DNA of 64,000 nt from Deltaproteobacteria bacterium (GCA_034522175.1 JAXHLQ010000001.1:4529685-4593684), one strand, 5' to 3'; shown: positions 52,407 through 63,486, numbered from the stretch's first letter. Notes: generated by a model from the sequence alone, not told the origin. Translations and numbers: made by a program.

Positions 52407-53006
52407 ATGATGCAGAAGAAGCTGATTTTTTTGACTATATTGATATTCGGTTTGAGTATTGCGCTGGCATCTTGTGGCACGACGCAGGTCAAGCCCACTG
52501 AAAAGAATTTCGTGGCGCCGAAGATTGCGCTGGATGGTTATGAGATTCCGCAATATGATGGCTACTGGTATTTTGCAAAGAGTGTGAACCCCACCAAAGG
52601 CGAAGCGGGTGACAGAGGTGCACCGCTTCCCATGAGTTTTCTGTTTACCATCATGAACCCGAATCCGTATCCCGTTCAGTTGAATGGGGTCCGATTCAGT
52701 GTGGTATTTGATAAGCACTTCAACGTGGTGACGTACAACAATCAGGATACCATATGGATTCCTGCTGGCAAAACCAGCGATGTAAGGGCGACGACACTGA
52801 TCACCGCGCGTTCGGCCCTGTTAAGCCTGCTGGTGACCGGTGGCTTTAAACTGAAAGAAAAGGGCTGGAGCCCATGGGATGCCCTGGAACGATGGTGGAA
52901 GGGTGTTCCGGATTACTCCGTGCCGGTGGATGTGGCTGAAGCGACCTTCACCTTTTCCGCCAATGGCGTAACCAAGGTGTATCCTTTTGAAGTGACATCC
53001 AAATAA
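52407..53006 (+). CDS. Hypothetical lipoprotein.
   Basis: Signal peptide with lipobox LASC (MMQKKLIFLTILIFGLSIALASCG). I recognise no family with confidence. Confidence 0.6.
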   Translation: MMQKKLIFLTILIFGLSIALASCGTTQVKPTEKNFVAPKIALDGYEIPQYDGYWYFAKSVNPTKGEAGDRGAPLPMSFLFTIMNPNPYPVQLNGVRFSVVFDKHFNVVTYNNQDTIWIPAGKTSDVRATTLITARSALLSLLVTGGFKLKEKGWSPWDALERWWKGVPDYSVPVDVAEATFTFSANGVTKVYPFEVTSK

Positions 53007-53076
53007 ACGCCTTTGAACCGCATGACCCTTTGCCGCCATTGTGTGGCAAAGGGTCTATTCTTTGAAAGGGACGGCT

Positions 53077-54600
53077 ATGGGACTTTATGACTTTACTTTC
53101 TATGACCTTATCAACCGCAATGCATCCACCTACGGCAATAAGACCGCATGGGTGGAGGTCGATGATGATCGCCGTCTGACCTTTACTGCGTACAAGGAGA
53201 AAGCGGATCGCCTCGCTTGCGGGTTGCAGAAATCGGGCGTTCAGAAGGGGGACCGGATCGGTGTGGTGGGGAAAAACAGTCTCGAATTTTTTCTCCTTTA
53301 CGGCGCGGCCGCAGCCCTCGGCGCCATCGTATTACCCATCAACTGGCGGCTCTCTGTCGAGGAGATGGTCTATAATCTGAATGACGGCATGCCCAAAATC
53401 CTTTTTGCGGATAAGGAGTTTCAAGAGGGTATTCAGGGGGCCAGAAAAGAACTCTCCACAGTGGAGGCATATTTTGACCTGGGACCTGCGGGCGGCGATT
53501 TCTCGGACTTTTCCTCACTGTTGGAGAAGGGCGAAACCCCTGACCTAGTCGATGTGGCCACCGATGAGGGATTTGTGATCATTCACACGGCTGCAGTGGC
53601 CGGCAGGCCCAGAGGAGCACTACTAAGTCACGGAAACGTGCTTTGCGCGGATATGCACCTGGATTATCACTGTCAGGTCACATCGGATGATGTTCACCTC
53701 AATATTCTTCCCCTGTTTCATGTGGGCGGGCTGTTTATGGCCACCGCAACCTTTCATGTGGGCGCCACCAACCTGAATGTGAGGAAATTCGATGCGGAAA
53801 AGGCCGTATCGCTCATCGCAGAAAAAGGAGCTTCAATCCTGATTGAATTCCCGCCCATCCTCTCGTCCATTCTGGAAGCACACGAAAAGACCGGTACTGA
53901 CATCAGTGGTCTCAGGGCCGTGGCAGGACTGGAATCATCCGAGACCATTGAAAAATATCAAGAACTCACCGGCGGGACCTTTTATGTCCTTTACGGCCAG
54001 ACCGAGACCTCTTGCCTGGCCACATTCGGGGCCTACAATGACCAACCCGGTTCAGCCGGCAGACCCCTCCCCCTGGCGGATGTCCGGCTCGTGGATGCCT
54101 ACGATCGCGAGGTGCCTGTGGGGCAGGTGGGCGAAATCATCGTGAAGGGGCCCATGGTCTTCAAGGGATACTGGAATCTCCCCGAAGACAACGCCTATGC
54201 CTTTCGAGAGGGATGGCATCACACGGGTGATCAGGGCCGGTTTGATGAGGAAGGATTTTTATGGTACGCGGGCCGAATGGCGGAAAAGGAACTCATCAAG
54301 CCGGGGGGAGAAAACGTCTATCCGGCAGAGGTTGAAAAGGTCATCCTTGAGCATCCGAAGATCGAGGCTACCGTGGTGATTGGGGTTCCGGACCCCAAAT
54401 GGAAAGAGGGTATCAAGGCGGTTTGTAAGCTTATGGAAGGCGAAACGCTGTCGCCCCGGGAACTGATTGACTTTGTGGGGGAACGGATTGCCCGTTACAA
54501 AAAGCCGCAGTATGTCGAATTCGTGGCGGATCTTCCCTTTCTCGAAGACGGCTCACCCGATCGTGTCAAAGTGAAGGAATTGTATGGGGATGAGCAGTAA
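53077..54600 (+). CDS. AMP-binding acyl-CoA synthetase (class I adenylate-forming enzyme).
   Basis: The start is preferred at the internal Met of tracked ORF 53041..54600 (MGLYDFTFYDLINRN). Motifs: IIHTAAVAGRPRGA, YGQTE, GWHHTGDQGRFDEEGFLWYAGR and KPGGENVYPAEVE. Confidence 0.85.
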   Translation: MGLYDFTFYDLINRNASTYGNKTAWVEVDDDRRLTFTAYKEKADRLACGLQKSGVQKGDRIGVVGKNSLEFFLLYGAAAALGAIVLPINWRLSVEEMVYNLNDGMPKILFADKEFQEGIQGARKELSTVEAYFDLGPAGGDFSDFSSLLEKGETPDLVDVATDEGFVIIHTAAVAGRPRGALLSHGNVLCADMHLDYHCQVTSDDVHLNILPLFHVGGLFMATATFHVGATNLNVRKFDAEKAVSLIAEKGASILIEFPPILSSILEAHEKTGTDISGLRAVAGLESSETIEKYQELTGGTFYVLYGQTETSCLATFGAYNDQPGSAGRPLPLADVRLVDAYDREVPVGQVGEIIVKGPMVFKGYWNLPEDNAYAFREGWHHTGDQGRFDEEGFLWYAGRMAEKELIKPGGENVYPAEVEKVILEHPKIEATVVIGVPDPKWKEGIKAVCKLMEGETLSPRELIDFVGERIARYKKPQYVEFVADLPFLEDGSPDRVKVKELYGDEQ

Positions 54601-54630
54601 GCAAAAACCGTTATTTTCATATGCGGTATC

Positions 54631-54665
54631 AAAGCCCTGCTTGAAAAGGCAGGGCTTTTTCTTTA
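54631..54665 (+). terminator. Rho-independent terminator after the acyl-CoA synthetase gene.
   Basis: AAAGCCCTGC-ttgaaaag-GCAGGGCTTT followed by TTCTTT. Confidence 0.7.
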
Positions 54666-54699
54666 CAATGATTCCATGGGGCGGTAATTTGGAGTTCAT

Positions 54700-55089
54700 G
54701 TGCGTATGGAATGGGGGCGTATTCGTTTTCTGAAGATACCGCTGATGATGGTGTGCGCGATCATCGGCGTCGGTGCGTGGTTATGGTTTGGGGACGGTGG
54801 TTTTGTCCGCCTTTACCGAACCGAGTCGGAGCGGCAGGCCTGTATCGAACGTATTAAGGCCCTAGCCCAGGAAAACCAGGCGCTTATGGATGAGATCCAT
54901 CGCCTGCGGACCGACATGGCCTATGTGGAGTCCGTGGCACGCAGGCAACTCGACCTGATCAAAAAAAATGAGGTGATTTATCGGTTTGATGCGCCAGTCG
55001 GTGAGGGCGCCGTTGAGGAAACCCGATCCGAGCCCGGGGGCATGGGAAATGGCAGCCCTTCATCAAACGCCGGAGGACCCACCCGATGA
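54700..55089 (+). CDS. ftsB: Septum formation initiator FtsB/DivIC-family protein.
   Basis: One TM helix followed by a coiled coil (...ERIKALAQENQALMDEIHRLRTDMAYVESVARRQLDLIKKNEVIYRF). Confidence 0.75.
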   Translation: MRMEWGRIRFLKIPLMMVCAIIGVGAWLWFGDGGFVRLYRTESERQACIERIKALAQENQALMDEIHRLRTDMAYVESVARRQLDLIKKNEVIYRFDAPVGEGAVEETRSEPGGMGNGSPSSNAGGPTR

Positions 55090-55789
55090 AGAACACAAAC
55101 GATATCTATTCTGCGATCCTGGAGTGCGAACCCTCAGGTAACACCGTTGTTTTCGTGCTTGGCAAAATGAGGGCCCAAGGCCGTTCAAACGAGGCCATGA
55201 GGCAATGCACGCGGTTTCTTAGGCAGTATCCCCATAATGCGCCCCTGGGGCGTCTGATGGTGGAATTGTATCTTGAGAATGGATTTATCGGGCTCGCCGA
55301 GGATGAATTAAAGAAGCTGACCGTATCCATAGATGAACTTGTTTTACCCTATAAGGCGATGGCTGAGCACCTCGCCGCAAGAGGCAACTGGGCGGAAGCC
55401 GAACAGCATCTTAGATATTACCTGGCACATCAGTCCGGGACACTGAGGCTTCGGCGCTCTTGGAAAAAGCAGAGGGATATACCAAACCCTCCCCGGAAAC
55501 GGAAGGTCCAGCGCCCGTGGACTTTGCAACACCGACCATCGCCGAACTCTATTATGAACAGGGAGAGATTGATGCGGCCATTGCCACATATGAACGGGTG
55601 CTGGCGGACAATCCCGAGCACCCGGACGCTGCACGTCGCCTGGCGGAATTGAGGGGGACTTCTCAGGAAGAAAAAACAGCGATTGACACGGAAAGCCCTC
55701 CGGATGATATGAACAAGATCTTGATGGATATCTTGAAAAGATGGCTCCCGAAAATTCGAGACATAAACCATGCCCACCCAACCCCCTGA
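55086..55789 (+). CDS. TPR-repeat protein, with a frameshift in the G3 run at 55437-55439.
   Basis: ORFs 55086..55652 and 55460..55789 join when one G is added: ...RYYLAHQSGDTEASALLEKAEGYTKP...IAELYYEQGEIDAAIATYERVLADNPEH... Confidence 0.65.
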
Positions 55790-56819
55790 TTTTCATTTCT
55801 TGGCGACGGGCATCGGCAGTGTGCCGTTTACCGACATCGACGATACCTGCCGGCAGATAATCGATCTTTTCCCCCTCAGTCCTTTCTGGCCACAGTTCGT
55901 CAAGCGCAGTCTGCTTGAGGACATGAGCATCCAGTTCAGCGAGGGGTTACCGCTTATCGAGATCGATGAAAACGCACGGTCGCTAACGATATCTCATACC
56001 CGGGAGCGGGAAGCCGCCCTCGCGGATTTCTACGAGCGATTTCTTTCCCAGGACACGGATCACTTTAAGATGACGCCCCGATTTGCCGCCGGCCTGTTCG
56101 CTTTGATTGCACACGTCAAGGAGAGCGGCAAGGTTATCGGTCCCTATATCAAAGGGCATATTGTCGGCCCTGTGACCTTTACAGCGGGGATACGGGGGCT
56201 GGACGGTAAACCGATTCTTCATGATACGGAATTGTCAGAGGCCATGGCCAACGGACTGGCCATCAAAGCCCTCTGGCAGGCCGAGACCCTGGGAGCATCC
56301 GGTTTACAGCCGATTATCTTTTTTGATGAACCTTATCTGTCCGGTTTCGGCTCGGCTTTTTCCCCGGTTGGTCGCAGCGAGGTGGTGGATTTATTAAGGA
56401 TTCCGATGGATTATGTGCGGATGCATTCGAATGCGCTGATCGGTATTCACTGTTGCGGCAACACCGACTGGTCTATGATCCTTGAGGCCGGACCCGATAT
56501 TGTGAATTTCGATGCTTTTGATTTTATGGATCACTTTCTCCTCTACCCTGATGATATTAAGGCCTTTGTCACAAAGGGCGGAAGTATTGCCTGGGGCATT
56601 GCACCCACGGCCGGTTTCCGTGGCGATGAAACGGTGACGCAACTCTGTGAGATACTGGAACGTGGGCTCGACATCCTTGAGGAAACAGGACTCCCAGGGC
56701 GGCTTCTATCGGAACGATCGATCCTCACCCCGTCGTGCGGCATGGGGACGATGTCATGCGAATCAGCCAAATCCGTGATGAATCTGCTCGCCTCTACATC
56801 GAGTAAACTTGATACGTAA
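55770..56819 (+). CDS. Cobalamin-independent methionine synthase II (MetE C-terminal-like)/URO-D-like family protein.
   Basis: 349 aa. IFFDEPYL, IHCCGNTDW and LTPSCGMG resemble the MetE-family substrate and Zn-site motifs. The assignment is by eye only. Confidence 0.5.
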   Translation: MPTQPPDFHFLATGIGSVPFTDIDDTCRQIIDLFPLSPFWPQFVKRSLLEDMSIQFSEGLPLIEIDENARSLTISHTREREAALADFYERFLSQDTDHFKMTPRFAAGLFALIAHVKESGKVIGPYIKGHIVGPVTFTAGIRGLDGKPILHDTELSEAMANGLAIKALWQAETLGASGLQPIIFFDEPYLSGFGSAFSPVGRSEVVDLLRIPMDYVRMHSNALIGIHCCGNTDWSMILEAGPDIVNFDAFDFMDHFLLYPDDIKAFVTKGGSIAWGIAPTAGFRGDETVTQLCEILERGLDILEETGLPGRLLSERSILTPSCGMGTMSCESAKSVMNLLASTSSKLDT

Positions 56820-57139
56820 AAGACATCATATAAAGTTCTGCTTTATACCCAATGGGGTGCCCCTCAATGGCTTGCAGTGAAGAAGTCCTTGACAACGCCC
56901 TCCATATCATATATGCCATTTCATGTTTGTTTAAACGAAAACACTTTCCTCCTTCTCCCAATACCAGGTTCGCCTCACTTTGGGTTGGAGGCGATAGGAT
57001 AATTGAATAAGCGTCAGGCGAGTTCACACCACGAGAGAGACGATCCATGAAGCGGTTCACAGTTTTTATAAACATATCGGGTTGATCAACGAGGGGCACG
57101 CATTTTAAATCAATATTTTGCAATGAGGGAGGAAAGCGT

Positions 57140-57406
57140 ATGAACAAGGGAGAATTGGTCAATGAGGTGGCAAAGGTCGTGAGTTCAAAAAAGGAAGCCC
57201 AGGCCGCAGTCGATTGCGTGTTGGACACCATTACAGACGCCTTAAAAAAGGATGAAAAAGTCACCCTGGTCGGATTTGGTACCTTTAAAGTGGATCAGAG
57301 AAGCGCAAGGACAGGGATCAATCCGCAGACCCGGGAAACCATGCACATAGCGGCCAAAAAGGTGCCCAAATTCGTGCCGGGCCAGGCCCTGAAGGATGCG
57401 GTCTAA
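57140..57406 (+). CDS. hup: HU-family nucleoid-associated DNA-binding protein.
   Basis: MNKGELVNEVAK...VTLVGFGTFKVDQRSARTGINPQTRETMHIAAKKVPKFVPGQALKDAV. Confidence 0.9.
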   Translation: MNKGELVNEVAKVVSSKKEAQAAVDCVLDTITDALKKDEKVTLVGFGTFKVDQRSARTGINPQTRETMHIAAKKVPKFVPGQALKDAV

Positions 57407-57434
57407 GGCTCGTACTGAATGATTTGATTTTGAC

Positions 57435-57476
57435 GCCCTCACCATGACGCTGTACCGATTCGGTGGGGGCTTTTTT
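57435..57476 (+). terminator. Rho-independent terminator after the HU gene.
   Basis: GCCCTCACC-(18 nt)-GGTGGGGGC followed by TTTTTT. Confidence 0.65.
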
Positions 57477-57584
57477 ATCGCCATTTCAACAGCCTTAATT
57501 TGCAGTTTATCCTTGGATCGTCACTCGTGATTGACTGATTTTGCACGTCTTTTGAGACCGATCTCTGCATAAAGGAGCAAATCC

Positions 57585-58346
57585 ATGAAACTTGCTGTCA
57601 GTGGCAAAGGCGGGGTGGGCAAGACGACGTTTTCTTCTTTTCTGATTCGTGCGCTCGCGGATGAAGGCGTGAAAGTGCTGGCCATCGATGCGGACCCGGA
57701 TGCCAATCTGGCCCAGGCTCTTGGCGTGAAAGATGCGGATGATATTGTTCCCATCTCCAACATGAAGGAACTCATTGAGGAGCGTACCGAGGCAAAGGTG
57801 GGCACCATGGGCTCGTTTTTCAAGTTAAATCCCAAGGTGAGCGATCTCCCGGAAAAACTCTCTGTCGAGGTGGACGGAATCAGGGTAATGGTCATGGGGG
57901 GGGTCAAGAAGGGCGGGGCCGGCTGCATATGCCCTGAGAGCACCTTGTTGAAACGCCTCGTGGGGCATATCGTCCTTGCCAGGGACGAGGCCGTGATTCT
58001 GGACATGGAGGCAGGCCTCGAACATCTCGGCAGAGGAACAGCCATGAATGTGGATCGGCTGATCGTGGTGGTCGAACCTGGAAGGCGGAGTATCGAAACC
58101 GCCCACCAGATCCGCCGCCTGGCGGGTGACATGGGACTCAAGAACATCAGTCTCGTGGGAAATAAGATCAGGGCCGACACGGACAGGGAATTTCTCTTGA
58201 ATCACATGGGGGATTTCGACTTTCTCGGATTTCTTCCCTACCGGGACGAAATCATCGAGGCCGATCTAAACGGCCGTCCGCCCTTTGAAAAAGATAAGAC
58301 CGGCCTTTCGGCCGTGAAGGAAATGCTCAAAAAATTGAAAGCATAA
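57585..58346 (+). CDS. cooC: CooC-type (MinD/ParA-fold) nickel-insertion accessory ATPase.
   Basis: Deviant Walker A GKGGVGKTT and the CooC-type metal motif GAGCICPES. Confidence 0.75.
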   Translation: MKLAVSGKGGVGKTTFSSFLIRALADEGVKVLAIDADPDANLAQALGVKDADDIVPISNMKELIEERTEAKVGTMGSFFKLNPKVSDLPEKLSVEVDGIRVMVMGGVKKGGAGCICPESTLLKRLVGHIVLARDEAVILDMEAGLEHLGRGTAMNVDRLIVVVEPGRRSIETAHQIRRLAGDMGLKNISLVGNKIRADTDREFLLNHMGDFDFLGFLPYRDEIIEADLNGRPPFEKDKTGLSAVKEMLKKLKA

Positions 58347-58359
58347 AGGAGACACCCCA

Positions 58360-59445
58360 ATGGCAAAACGCATATACAATTTTAATGCCGGTCCGGCTGC
58401 CTTACCCATCGAGGTACTGGAGGAAATTCAATCCGAACTGCTCGATTTCAAAGGGTCGGGAATGTCCATTCTGGAAGTGAGCCATCGATCCAAGTGGTTC
58501 GATGACGTGATCAACAGCGCGGCCGAAAGGACGAAAAGACTTCTGAAACTAAGCGATGATTTCGAGGTGCTCTTCATCCAGGGCGGGGCCAGCCTTCAGT
58601 TCTGCATGATTCCCATGAACCTCGGTGGGGAGGGAAAACCCGTCGATTACATTAACACTGGAACGTGGTCCACCAAGGCCATTAAAGAGGCGGAGATTCA
58701 GGGCAAAGCGGTTCACGTTATTGCATCCTCCGAAGACCAGGGCTTTTCCTATATCCCGGATGGATTTACCGTTGACGCCGATGCGGCTTATCTTCATTTC
58801 ACTTCCAACAACACCATCAAGGGGACCCAGTGGGCCCGGTTCCCGGATACACAAGGGGTCCCCCTGGTATGTGATATGTCATCCGATATCATGAGCCGGC
58901 CCTTTGATGCGCAACCCTTCGGTCTCATTTACGCCGGCGCGCAGAAAAACATCGGTCCATCGGGAACGGCAATGGTGATCATTCGTAAGGACATGCTGGA
59001 GCGGACCCCGGATCATCTGCCCACCATGCTCAAATATACCACCTTCGCCGGCAAGAACTCCATGTTCAACACACCGGCCTGTATGGTTATCTATACCATC
59101 GAGCTCGTCCTCAAATGGCTCGAAGAGACGATCGGCGGCCTGGATGAAATGGCGGCCATCAACAGGGAAAAAGGGACCATCCTTTACGATTTCATTGATC
59201 AGTCTTCATTTTACAAGGGAACCACGGCACCCGACAGCCGGTCCCTCATGAATGTGACCTTCAGGCTCCCCGAAGAGGCATTGGAAAAAGCATTCGTGTC
59301 CGAGGCGCTGGAAGCGGGGTTCGGGGGTCTGAAAGGCCATCGCTCCGTGGGTGGCTGCAGGGCGTCCATTTACAATGCCACAGGAGTTGAGGCGGTGAAG
59401 GCGCTGGTGGCATTCATGACTGAATTTGAAAAGAAAAACGGGTGA
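58360..59445 (+). CDS. serC: Phosphoserine aminotransferase.
   Basis: MAKRIYNFNAGPAALPIEVLEE...MSILEVSHRSK...GAQKNIGPSG... Confidence 0.9.
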   Translation: MAKRIYNFNAGPAALPIEVLEEIQSELLDFKGSGMSILEVSHRSKWFDDVINSAAERTKRLLKLSDDFEVLFIQGGASLQFCMIPMNLGGEGKPVDYINTGTWSTKAIKEAEIQGKAVHVIASSEDQGFSYIPDGFTVDADAAYLHFTSNNTIKGTQWARFPDTQGVPLVCDMSSDIMSRPFDAQPFGLIYAGAQKNIGPSGTAMVIIRKDMLERTPDHLPTMLKYTTFAGKNSMFNTPACMVIYTIELVLKWLEETIGGLDEMAAINREKGTILYDFIDQSSFYKGTTAPDSRSLMNVTFRLPEEALEKAFVSEALEAGFGGLKGHRSVGGCRASIYNATGVEAVKALVAFMTEFEKKNG

Positions 59446-59472
59446 TCCCATGGGACACTGCGAGGCGTCCAC

Positions 59473-60867
59473 ATGCTGAACAGGACACGAATATCGGAAG
59501 TGCTCACCTCAGAGAAGATGGGGTCCCGATTTGAAGTGGCCGGATGGGTAAGGACGCGCAGGGACTCCAAGGGTGGATTTTCCTTTATTGAAATCAATGA
59601 CGGATCGTGTCTCTCCGGGCTGCAAATCATCGCGGATACATCGTTGGATAACTATCAGAGCGAGGTGATGAAATTGCAGACGGGTTGCGCCGTCATGGCT
59701 GCCGGCGTCCTGGCCACTTCTCCGGGTAAGGGTCAGCGGGTGGAGCTGCAGGCCGACGAGATAAACGTCGTCGGCTGGAGCGATCCGGAAACCTACCCCC
59801 TTCAAAAGAAACGTCATTCCTTCGAATTCCTCAGAACCATCGCCCACCTGAGGCCCAGGACCAATACCTTCGGTGCGATGGCGCGTGTGCGAAATGCGAT
59901 GTCGTGGGCCATCCACAACTTCTTTCAGAAGAGAGGCTTTCTCTATCTTCACACGCCCATTATTTCCGGAAGCGACTGTGAAGGTGCCGGGGAGATGTTT
60001 AGGGTGACCGCATTTGACCTGAACCATGTGCCTCAAAAAGAGGGCCGGGTGGATTTCTCTCAGGATTTTTTTGCAGCTCCCGCGAACCTCACGGTGAGTG
60101 GGCAATTGGAGGCGGAAATTTACGCCCTTTCCATGGGAGATGTTTATACGTTCGGTCCCACCTTCAGAGCCGAAAATTCCAATACATCGCGGCATCTCGC
60201 CGAGTTCTGGATGATTGAGCCCGAAATGGCCTTTTGTGATCTGAACGGGGATGTGGCCCTGGCGGTGGCATTTTTAAAGGAGATTTTCACGCACGTCCTG
60301 GATCATTGTCAGGAGGACATGGCCTTTTTTGAGCGGTTTATTGACAAGTCGGTCATCAAAACCCTTGAAGCCCTCGTCGTTCAGGATTTTGAGACCCTCA
60401 GTTATACCGAGGCAATCGGACACCTTCAAAAGGCCGACCAGGCATTTGAGTTTCCGGTGTCCTGGGGAGTGGACCTCCAGTCGGAACACGAGCGGTATCT
60501 TTGCGAAACCGTCTTCAAACGGCCCGTGGTTCTCGTGGATTATCCAAAAGACATCAAGGCCTTTTACATGAAAATGAATGCGGATGAAAAGACGGTTCGG
60601 GCCATGGATGTGCTGGTGCCCAAAGTCGGTGAAATCATCGGTGGGAGCCAGCGCGAGGACGATTATGATGTGCTTTATGAGCGGATCACCGAGATGGGCC
60701 TGAACCCCGAAGATTACTGGTGGTATCTGGATTTGAGGAAATTCGGCTCCGTGCCCCATTCCGGATTTGGTCTTGGCTTTGAACGGCTTGTGCAGTTTGT
60801 GACCGGTCTTTCCAACATCAGGGATGTCATCCCTTTTCCCAGGACGCCCGGTAATTTGGCATTCTGA
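59473..60867 (+). CDS. asnS: Asparagine--tRNA ligase.
   Basis: 464 aa, class IIb: ...[21 protein letters not shown]...[34 protein letters not shown]. Confidence 0.95.
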   Translation: MLNRTRISEVLTSEKMGSRFEVAGWVRTRRDSKGGFSFIEINDGSCLSGLQIIADTSLDNYQSEVMKLQTGCAVMAAGVLATSPGKGQRVELQADEINVVGWSDPETYPLQKKRHSFEFLRTIAHLRPRTNTFGAMARVRNAMSWAIHNFFQKRGFLYLHTPIISGSDCEGAGEMFRVTAFDLNHVPQKEGRVDFSQDFFAAPANLTVSGQLEAEIYALSMGDVYTFGPTFRAENSNTSRHLAEFWMIEPEMAFCDLNGDVALAVAFLKEIFTHVLDHCQEDMAFFERFIDKSVIKTLEALVVQDFETLSYTEAIGHLQKADQAFEFPVSWGVDLQSEHERYLCETVFKRPVVLVDYPKDIKAFYMKMNADEKTVRAMDVLVPKVGEIIGGSQREDDYDVLYERITEMGLNPEDYWWYLDLRKFGSVPHSGFGLGFERLVQFVTGLSNIRDVIPFPRTPGNLAF

Positions 60868-63040
60868 TGTCCCTGAGCCGCGCCTTCAAATGGGTGTAGC
60901 GCTGCCGTGTCCGGTCATTTTTGATGGCCATGGCAAGCGCCTTTTGGGTCCCCACCAGAATCACCAGCCGTTTCCCCCGGGTCACCGCCGTATAGATGAG
61001 ATTTCGCTGCAAGAGGACATAGTGCTGCGTGACCACCGGCACAATGACGGCCGGATACTCCGACCCCTGGGATTTATGGACGGAAACCGCGTAGGCTAGG
61101 ACGATTTCGTCCAGTTCGGTGAAGTCGTAGATGATTTCCTTCCCATCAAATAAAAGCGTGGCCTCATGCATTTCAGCATCGATGCGGTTGATGCGCCCCA
61201 TGTCCCCGTTGAAAACCCCCTTGTCGTAATTGTTTTTGATCTGCATGATCTTGTCGTTGATCCTGAAACGGGTGCTGCCGCGTACCAGGGACATCCCTTC
61301 GGGGTTCAACAGGTTCTGTAATTCATTGTTGAGGTTTCCTGCGCCCGCAATGCCCTTGTGCATGGGGGTGAGCACCTGGATGTCTTCTATGGGATCGAAT
61401 CCGAAGCGATCCGGTATGCGGGTTCCGGCGAGAGTCAATACGGTCTGAACGGTTGTGTCCGGATCGTTCCGTTCAATGAAATAAAAGTCGCTTTTTTCTG
61501 AAGCGGCGGGGAAGATCGGCATCTCCCCTTGATTGATCCGGTGTGCGTTGGTGATGATCAGGCTCTTCCGGGCTTGCCGGAATATCTCATCTAATCTCAC
61601 CACGGGGATCACCGTGGACTGAATCAGATCTTTGAGCACGCTTCCGGAACCCACTGAGGGGAGTTGGTTGATATCCCCCACCAGGATGACGGTTGCCTCA
61701 GGGGGTACGGCCTTTAAAAGATGATACATGAGGATGGCATCGATCATGGAGGCCTCGTCCACGATCAACAGATCGCACTTCAAGGGCTTATCACTGTTTT
61801 TTTGAAACCCACCCTTCTGCATGCTGTATTCCAAGAGCCGGTGAATGGTCCTGGCCGGAAATCCGCTGGTCTCGCTCATCCGTTTTGCGGCCCGCCCGGT
61901 GGGCGCCGCCAGCAGGATCCTTGTGCTGATCTTGGAAAAGATCTTCAATATGGCGCTGACGAGAGTGGTTTTGCCGGTTCCCGGACCCCCGGTAATGATC
62001 AACACCTTGTTCTCGGTGGCATACCGCACCGCCTTCACCTGATTTCTGGCGAGCGTGATGCGCAACTTCTGCTGGACCCAGGACACGGCCTTATCCGTAT
62101 CGATGCGTCGGATGGACCTGGCTGCGGTTAAAAGGGTATGCATTCGATCCGCAACACCGGTCTCGGAAATATAAAACGGGGTCAGATACACCCGCCTTGC
62201 GTCGGCGTCCGATGGGGCCGTCCCTTGCGGGTTATCCTCGATAACAATCCGTTTGGCCGAAGCGAGAGCTGCCAATGCCTTTTGTACCCGCTCGCGATTC
62301 ACTTCCAGCAGGGTCTCACACCTCTCCAGAAGGGCGTCATAGGGAAAGTAGACGTGGCCTTCATCGGCCGATTGATCAAGGGCATACAAGACACCGGCCT
62401 CGGCTCTCGACGCTGAATCCTTCTCAAAGCCCAGTTTCATGGCAATGTGATCCGCCGTCACAAATCCGATACCGAAGATGTCGGTTGCCAGCCGGTACGG
62501 ATTCTGCTTCACCACCGATATGGATCGGTTGCCGTAGGCCTTGAATATCTTTGTGGCATAACCGGAACTGACGCCATGACCTTGAAGAAACAACATGACT
62601 TCCCGGATTTCCTGTTGTGCTTCCCAGGCCTTTGTAATCATGTCGATTCGTTTCTTGCCGATCCCGGGTATGGTCTTTAGTCGATGAATATCCGTTTCAA
62701 TGATATCAAGCGTCTCTGTACCGAACCGCTTGACAATCCGTTTGGCCATCTTCGGACCGATCCCCTTTATCAGGCCTGATCCCAGGTATTTTTCAATCCC
62801 GTATACCGAAGCGGGGACCTCCGTACGGCAATGCGTGATTTTGAACTGCTCCCCGTATTTGGGATGACGGGTCCATTCTCCCTCAAGCGAGACCACCTCT
62901 CCGGGGCTGAGGGCGACGACATTCCCGACGGCCGTCACCAGTTCAGGCGTGCCGGGAACTCTCAGTCGGGCGATGGTAAAGCCGTTTTCTGAATTGGTGT
63001 AGGTAATACGTTCGATCTGGCCCTTTATCTCGGCGGGCAT
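60827..63040 (-). CDS. recD2: RecD2-like SF1B ATP-dependent DNA helicase.
   Basis: 737 aa with an N-terminal HhH region, Walker [19 protein letters not shown] and the C-terminal ...[17 protein letters not shown]... Its 3' end overlaps the asnS 3' end by 41 nt. Confidence 0.85.
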   Translation of the reverse strand: MPAEIKGQIERITYTNSENGFTIARLRVPGTPELVTAVGNVVALSPGEVVSLEGEWTRHPKYGEQFKITHCRTEVPASVYGIEKYLGSGLIKGIGPKMAKRIVKRFGTETLDIIETDIHRLKTIPGIGKKRIDMITKAWEAQQEIREVMLFLQGHGVSSGYATKIFKAYGNRSISVVKQNPYRLATDIFGIGFVTADHIAMKLGFEKDSASRAEAGVLYALDQSADEGHVYFPYDALLERCETLLEVNRERVQKALAALASAKRIVIEDNPQGTAPSDADARRVYLTPFYISETGVADRMHTLLTAARSIRRIDTDKAVSWVQQKLRITLARNQVKAVRYATENKVLIITGGPGTGKTTLVSAILKIFSKISTRILLAAPTGRAAKRMSETSGFPARTIHRLLEYSMQKGGFQKNSDKPLKCDLLIVDEASMIDAILMYHLLKAVPPEATVILVGDINQLPSVGSGSVLKDLIQSTVIPVVRLDEIFRQARKSLIITNAHRINQGEMPIFPAASEKSDFYFIERNDPDTTVQTVLTLAGTRIPDRFGFDPIEDIQVLTPMHKGIAGAGNLNNELQNLLNPEGMSLVRGSTRFRINDKIMQIKNNYDKGVFNGDMGRINRIDAEMHEATLLFDGKEIIYDFTELDEIVLAYAVSVHKSQGSEYPAVIVPVVTQHYVLLQRNLIYTAVTRGKRLVILVGTQKALAMAIKNDRTRQRYTHLKARLRDIRMPNYRASWEKG

Positions 63041-63361
63041 GGATGCTCTCTATCTTGGCGTGCTGTTTTTAAGAAGGTCGATTCTGGTCCGAGGAATGCG
63101 TTAAAATGTTCTCGATCGTTTTTGATAATTTCATTTGAACGTCTGACCCTCAGGTTCGGCCATTGCCGGTCCACCCCCTCTTTTTGAAGGAATGGCGGGG
63201 AGATAAATGCTAAAGGCGGAGAGGGCCACGGTCAGGGCCGCCGGCAGGATAATCTGAAATGAAGCGACCCAGGGACGCTTGTCCTCGGATACAGGTGTTT
63301 TTCGTAAGTGGACACGTAGGATCTCGGGTATTGATGGATGAGCGGGAAAGGGTATATGACT

Positions 63362-63378
63362 GTTGACAAAATGTCAAC
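63362..63378. promoter_or_regulatory. Perfect 17-bp palindrome containing a consensus TTGACA; a candidate operator overlapping a -35 element.
   Basis: GTTGACA-aaa-TGTCAAC, in the 610-bp gap between recD2 and the M24 peptidase gene. Confidence 0.35.
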
Positions 63379-63462
63379 TCCGTGACAATACACGAGCGTG
63401 GCCGATGACTGGAGTCAATGCCACTAACGCTGAAGATTTTTCTTTTTGGCGCTTCAATCGAA

Positions 63463-63486
63463 ATCGCTATCGGGATCGGTATCGAA
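63463..63486. repeat. Tandem hexamer array (ATCGNN)x4; the left arm of an imperfect 24-nt inverted repeat.
   Basis: ATCGCT ATCGGG ATCGGT ATCGAA. It matches the reverse complement of 63605-63628 at about 20 of 24 positions. Confidence 0.6.

Noticed and set aside
63130-63310. A possible small membrane-protein ORF on the minus strand (...KRPWVASFQIILPAALTVALSAFSIYLPAIP...).
   Set aside because: There is no in-frame start codon upstream of the hydrophobic segment. It would only work by assuming another indel in the A5 run, which is too speculative.
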